64,000 nt of DNA from Prochlorococcus sp. HOT208_60m_813L03 (GTDB taxonomy: Bacteria > Cyanobacteriota > Cyanobacteriia > PCC-6307 > Cyanobiaceae): the NCBI GenBank assembly GCA_002026145.1, contig MWOQ01000179.1, positions 8,128 through 72,127 on the forward strand, read 5' to 3'. Position numbers and translations under genes: made by a program. Below, in pieces: positions 63,804 through 64,000 of this stretch (position 1 is the first letter of the stretch; every line of letters begins with the position of its first letter). The notes under the pieces were generated by a model that was not told the DNA's origin, did no database searches, and worked only from the letters and a program-made list of their open reading frames with translations.

Positions 63804-64000
63804 TTATCAAATTTATTTTTTGTAATTCTAAAATAAGGGACCCCAAAATTTTCGAGAAAAGCGGTGGAACTGCATTCCCCACTAATGTATACTGCTCCGT
63901 TATTGATCCTTTAATTTCTATATGATCAGGTATGGTTTGCAACCTTGCACATTCTCTTACGGTTAATAGTCTATTTGCTTCAGGGTGAAAAAGTCGGCCA
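63796..64000 (-). CDS. dcm: Second DNA (cytosine-5)-methyltransferase, 3' end only
   Basis: Manual translation GRLFHPEANRLLTVRECARLQTIPDHIEIKGSITEQYTLVGNAVPPLFSKILGSLILELQKINLINV* (motifs IX and X); not in the ORF track. Confidence 0.9.
   Translation of the reverse strand, partial: GRLFHPEANRLLTVRECARLQTIPDHIEIKGSITEQYTLVGNAVPPLFSKILGSLILELQKINLINV

Noticed and set aside
30384..64000. Prophage or intact transposon
   Set aside because: No structural phage genes, transposase or integrase recognised.

Overview
A very AT-rich picocyanobacterial chromosome segment, most consistent with a high-light-adapted Prochlorococcus (16S sequence; lone degenerate cpeB with cpeS; psbB/psbT/psbM, petBD, psaE, PTOX). 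About 1-30 kb is mostly core genome: uvrD 5' end, cpeB/cpeS, metK, rpsA, nrdR, PSII genes, minCDE, ctpA, petBD, invertase, a complete rRNA operon, mutM and psaE. It is interrupted by a ~0.9-kb micro-island at the 3' end of tRNA-Phe, bounded by a 33-bp att-like direct repeat, carrying integrase-arm-like 11-bp repeats and one tandem-repeat microprotein. About 30-54 kb is a variable, island-like region rich in stress genes and microproteins that the ORF track misses (an HLIP-like peptide, a poly-Gln peptide, several single-TM peptides). It also holds LexA-like boxes, two candidate sRNAs and a cluster of ABM-type barrel proteins. About 54-64 kb looks like a defence locus: a TM0106-family nuclease/exonuclease/SF1-helicase fusion and an overlapping C5-MTase / HNH nuclease / HTH-C5-MTase cassette that runs off the window end. 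Three genes appear to carry single-base indels in homopolymer runs. All calls come from reading the sequence and recognising motifs by eye; no searches were run.
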